Source of the DNA: an uncultured Spirochaetota bacterium
GTDB lineage: Bacteria; Spirochaetota; Spirochaetia; SZUA-6; Fen-1364
Reading direction: 5' to 3'
Assembly (NCBI GenBank): GCA_963745235.1
Contig: CAVUXE010000009.1
Span: 96,001-160,000, forward strand
DNA: 64,000 bases
In this document: one piece after another, positions 60,766-64,000 of the stretch
How the letters are laid out: every line of letters begins with the position of its first letter
Numbering within the stretch: position 1 is the stretch's first letter
Made by a program: the position numbers and the translations under genes
Notes under the pieces: model-generated
Told to the model about the DNA's origin: nothing
Seen by the model: only the letters and a program-made list of their open reading frames with translations
The model's database searches: none

Positions 60766-60924
60766 CTTGACGCTCTGTGCGTGTTTTAATAAGGTGTAAT
60801 TGGCTTGGATAGGATCGGAGTAATTCAATACGACTCATGAAATCAGTCCGACAGAGGGAATGATGTCGTCGCGCGGTGCGTGCTCGCGCGCACAAGGGTT
60901 GGCCAAGCATCAGGAGTCCATGGA

Positions 60925-62464
60925 GTGAGCCGCCAGATCCTTTCGATGCGGAAAATCGACAAGCGCTTCACGGGTGTGCATGCGCTTCGCCAGGTGGATT
61001 TCGACCTCGACGAAGGCGGAGATCCATGCCCTGGTCGGGGAGAACGGCGCGGGCAAGTCCACGCTCATGAAGGTTCTCATCGGCATCAATTCCAAGGACT
61101 CCGGTGAGATCCACTACCTGGGCCACCCGTTCAACCCGCGGGACCCCAAGCATGCCCTGGAGATGGGGATCGGGATAATCCATCAGGAATTGAACATGAT
61201 GGACCATCTCACGGTGGCCCAGAACATCTTCATTGGCAGAGAATCCACCCGGCTGAACGGCATCTTCCTGGACAAGCGGGAGCAGAACCGCATGACGGAA
61301 GAGCTGTTCAAACGGCTCAAGATGAACATCGACCCCAACGAGCCCCTGGCGCGGCTGACCGTCGGGAAGCAGCAGATGGTGGAGATCGCCAAGGCGGTGT
61401 CGCACCGCCTTCGAATCCTGATCCTGGACGAGCCAACCGCGGCGCTGACGGACGCCGAAATCGACGAGCTGTTCACCATCATGCGGGACCTGGCCAGCAG
61501 AGGCGTCGGCATGATCCACATTTCCCACCGCCTTGACGAGATCCACCGCATCGCGGATCGGGTCACGGTGCTGCGCGACGGTGAGCGAGTCGACACCAGG
61601 AAAACCTCGGAGGTGACGAAGCAGCAGATCATCAACATGATGGTCGGCCGCGTCATTTACGAGCAGCCGAAGACCCGCAGCAGCGTTCCCGCCGGAGCGC
61701 CGGTCGTGCTTCGGGTGAACCGGCTGAACGCCGGGAGGCTCGTGAAGAACGTCAGCTTCGAGCTGCGCCAGGGAGAGATCCTCGGCGTCGCAGGGCTGAT
61801 GGGGTCCGGCAGGACGGAGACGGCCCGGGCAATCTTCGGCGCGGACGAGGTGCAGAGCGGCACAATCGAGGTCCGCGGGCGGCGTGTCTCCATCCAGTCG
61901 CCGGAGGATGCCGTGGCGTACGGCATCGGGTACCTGTCGGAAGACCGCAAGCGCTTCGGGCTGGCGGTCAACCTGAGCGTGCGGGACAACCTGGCCATGG
62001 CCACCTATGACCGCTTCCAGCGGGGCCTGTTCATCCACGCGACGAAGGTCCGGCGGGTCACGGAGGATTACGTCCAGAAGCTGAATATCAGGACGCCGTC
62101 CCTGGAGCAGCTGCTGCGAAACCTTTCGGGCGGCAACCAGCAGAAGGTCGTCATCGCAAAGTGGCTGATCCGCAACTGCGACATCCTGATCTTCGACGAG
62201 CCGACCCGCGGAATCGACGTCGGGGCAAAGAGCGAAATCTACACGCTGATGAACGAGCTGACTCGTGAGGGAAAGTCGATCATCATGATCTCTTCGGAGC
62301 TTCCCGAGATCCTTCGCATGAGCGACCGCATCCTCGTGATGTGCGAGGGAAGGCTCACCGGGGAGCTTCCCATCGAAGAGGCGAGCCAGGAGGCAATCAT
62401 GGAGTACGCAACCATGGGGCGCCAGGAAGTCCTCAGCGAGGAGCTGATGCATGGCGTGACATGA
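60925..62464 (+). CDS. Sugar ABC ATP-binding protein (frameshift near 61015)
   Basis: GENGAGKS, LSGGNQQK, DEPTRGIDVGAK. Confidence 0.93.
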
Positions 62465-63748
62465 CGCTTGAAAGCAGAATGCAGCGCTTTCGCGAGCGCG
62501 GGCTGAAGTGGGCGCTTGCCCCCGGGGCGCTGGTCATTCTCTATATCTTTTTCGGAATATTCGGGCGCGACTATTTCTCCTACCCCACCCTGGTGAACAT
62601 CATCGATGCCGCCTTCTACATCGGGTTCATCTCGATGGGCGTCACCTTCGTCATCATCAGCGGCGGGATCGACCTTTCCGTCGGGACGGTCATGATGTGC
62701 GGCCGCCATCACCGGCGGCACGGCGCTCAAGAACGGGTTGCCCATGGTCCCCTCGCTTCTCCTGATCGTCGTCGTGGGCCTCGCCTTCGGGTTCCTCAAC
62801 GGCTTGCTGGTCTCCCGGCTGAAGATGCCGCCGTTCATCGTCACCCTCGGCACCATGATGATCTCCATGGGCGTCGGCTCCATCGTCTCCAACGTGGCGA
62901 GCGCCACCTTCCCCATCCGCGGCACGCCGGGCGGATGGTTCAAGAGACATCTTCCTCTACCTCAGCCCGAGCGGAGGAGCCATCCCCACGGGCGCGTTCC
63001 TGCTGGCCGCCGTGGCCGTGATCTGCCACCTCATGCTGTCCAACACGAAGCTGGGCCGCTACACCTACGCCATCGGCAGCAACCTGGAGGCCGCCCGGCT
63101 CTCCGGCGTCGACGTGAAGAAGTGGCAGATGCTCGTCTACGTCATCGCCGGCGGCACCGCCGGCATCGGCGGGATCTCCTACGCCGCCATCTACACCACG
63201 GTTCTCCCCGCCCAGGGGCAGGGCTTCGAGCTGTACGCAATTGCCGCGGCGGTCATCGGCGGCACGTCGCTCGCGGGAGGCATCGGCACGATCTGGGGAA
63301 CCATCATCGGCGTGTTCATCATGTCGGTGCTGGCCACCGGCCTGCCCTCCCTGAACCTGGAGGCCCACTGGCAGACATTCTTCACCGGCGTCATCGTCAT
63401 TGGCGCTGTGCTTCTGGACATGTACCGCAACAGGAAGGCAGCGGAAGTCCGGATCGAAACGCCGGCGGACCTCTACAAGGCGTCCATGACTGAAAAGATC
63501 GCCGCCCTCAGGAACGAAGCGTCTCTGCGAAGGTCGGGAGGGGACGCGAAGGCGGCTGCGTCCGTTCAAGCGCAGATTGCGGCGGCGCAGAAGCGAATTG
63601 AGGACCACCTTCGCGAAGATGAAGGCGGAGGAGAAGGCGGAGCAGGCCCGGATCCGGGCGGAGGAACGCGCTGCGGACCACGAGTTCGCGGAGATGCTCA
63701 AGCACGAGGAGCTTTCAGAACAGGAAGAGAATGGAGCGGCAGCCCTAG
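62461..63748 (+). CDS. Sugar ABC permease with long charged C-terminal tail (frameshifts near 62700, 62945, 63595 and 63745)
   Basis: GGIDLSVG, GSNLEAARLSG and GGTSLAGG across frames; end inferred. Confidence 0.8.
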
Positions 63749-63781
63749 CACGGTACGCCGTGCTATCACGGTACGCCGTGC
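63745..63781. repeat. Tandem 18-bp palindromic unit CTA(G/T)CACGGTACGCCGTG x2
   Basis: Copies at 63745-63762 and 63763-63780; each folds as CACGG-TACG-CCGTG. Confidence 0.7.
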
Positions 63782-63860
63782 GGAAGGCTGCAGGACTCCT
63801 GAAAGTGGTGATCAGCCCGGAGCGCATGTTCCGGGCACGAAAACTCAAGAGGAGGTATCT

Positions 63861-64000
63861 ATGAGATTCTTCAGACGGGTCGGGCTGCTGCTCGTAGCCG
63901 CGGTATTCTCGTTGCCGCTGGTGGGATGCAAGCCAGCGAAGATCTACATTCCCGTCATTTCGAAGGGCTTCCAGCACCAGTTCTGGCAGACGGTCAAGAA
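63861..64000 (+). CDS. Sugar ABC substrate-binding lipoprotein (3' end outside the window)
   Basis: GAGGAGG RBS; LVGC lipobox; ISKGFQHQFWQTVK. Confidence 0.88.
   Translation, partial: MRFFRRVGLLLVAAVFSLPLVGCKPAKIYIPVISKGFQHQFWQTVK

Noticed and set aside
63745-63781. Twin hairpins as a guanidine-II riboswitch or CRISPR repeat
   Set aside because: Loops are TACG rather than ACGR, there are only two units with no spacers, and no cas genes are present.
1-64000. Mobile elements, prophage, defence systems, tRNA/rRNA
   Set aside because: No transposase, integrase, phage, cas or structural RNA signature recognised by eye; tRNAscan and Infernal were not run.

Overview
A high-GC bacterial chromosome segment, most likely a free-living Spirochaetia genome or MAG. 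This assignment is inferred from the HAMP/class III adenylate cyclases, spirochaete-style lipoprotein and beta-barrel genes, GlnRS and many ABC systems. I see no rRNA, tRNA, CRISPR array or transposase. About 16 single-base indels, mostly duplicated bases and one in essential glnS, look like long-read consensus errors, so frameshifted genes are called as CDS. Two loci stand out. (1) 45440-49373: a MarR gene with a perfect operator, an ArsM-like methyltransferase, a 31-aa Cys-rich peptide missing from the ORF track (MKSLIRPKKAAGACVAQCCAKISTVVAGCHD), a radical SAM/SPASM maturase and a thioredoxin-thioredoxin reductase fusion. This is a candidate RiPP cluster, possibly arsenic-linked. (2) 49434-56459: a sugar ABC operon with a sigma54 -24/-12 promoter and paired upstream dyads, followed by an NtrC-type activator and a membrane-less histidine kinase whose input domain is an ABC ATPase domain. 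This is a candidate transporter-coupled signalling circuit. Also noted: tandem barrel-plus-lipoprotein pairs, a J-domain protein with MshEN-like repeats, a non-pyrrolysine MttB homolog, candidate structured leaders and many apparently leaderless genes.
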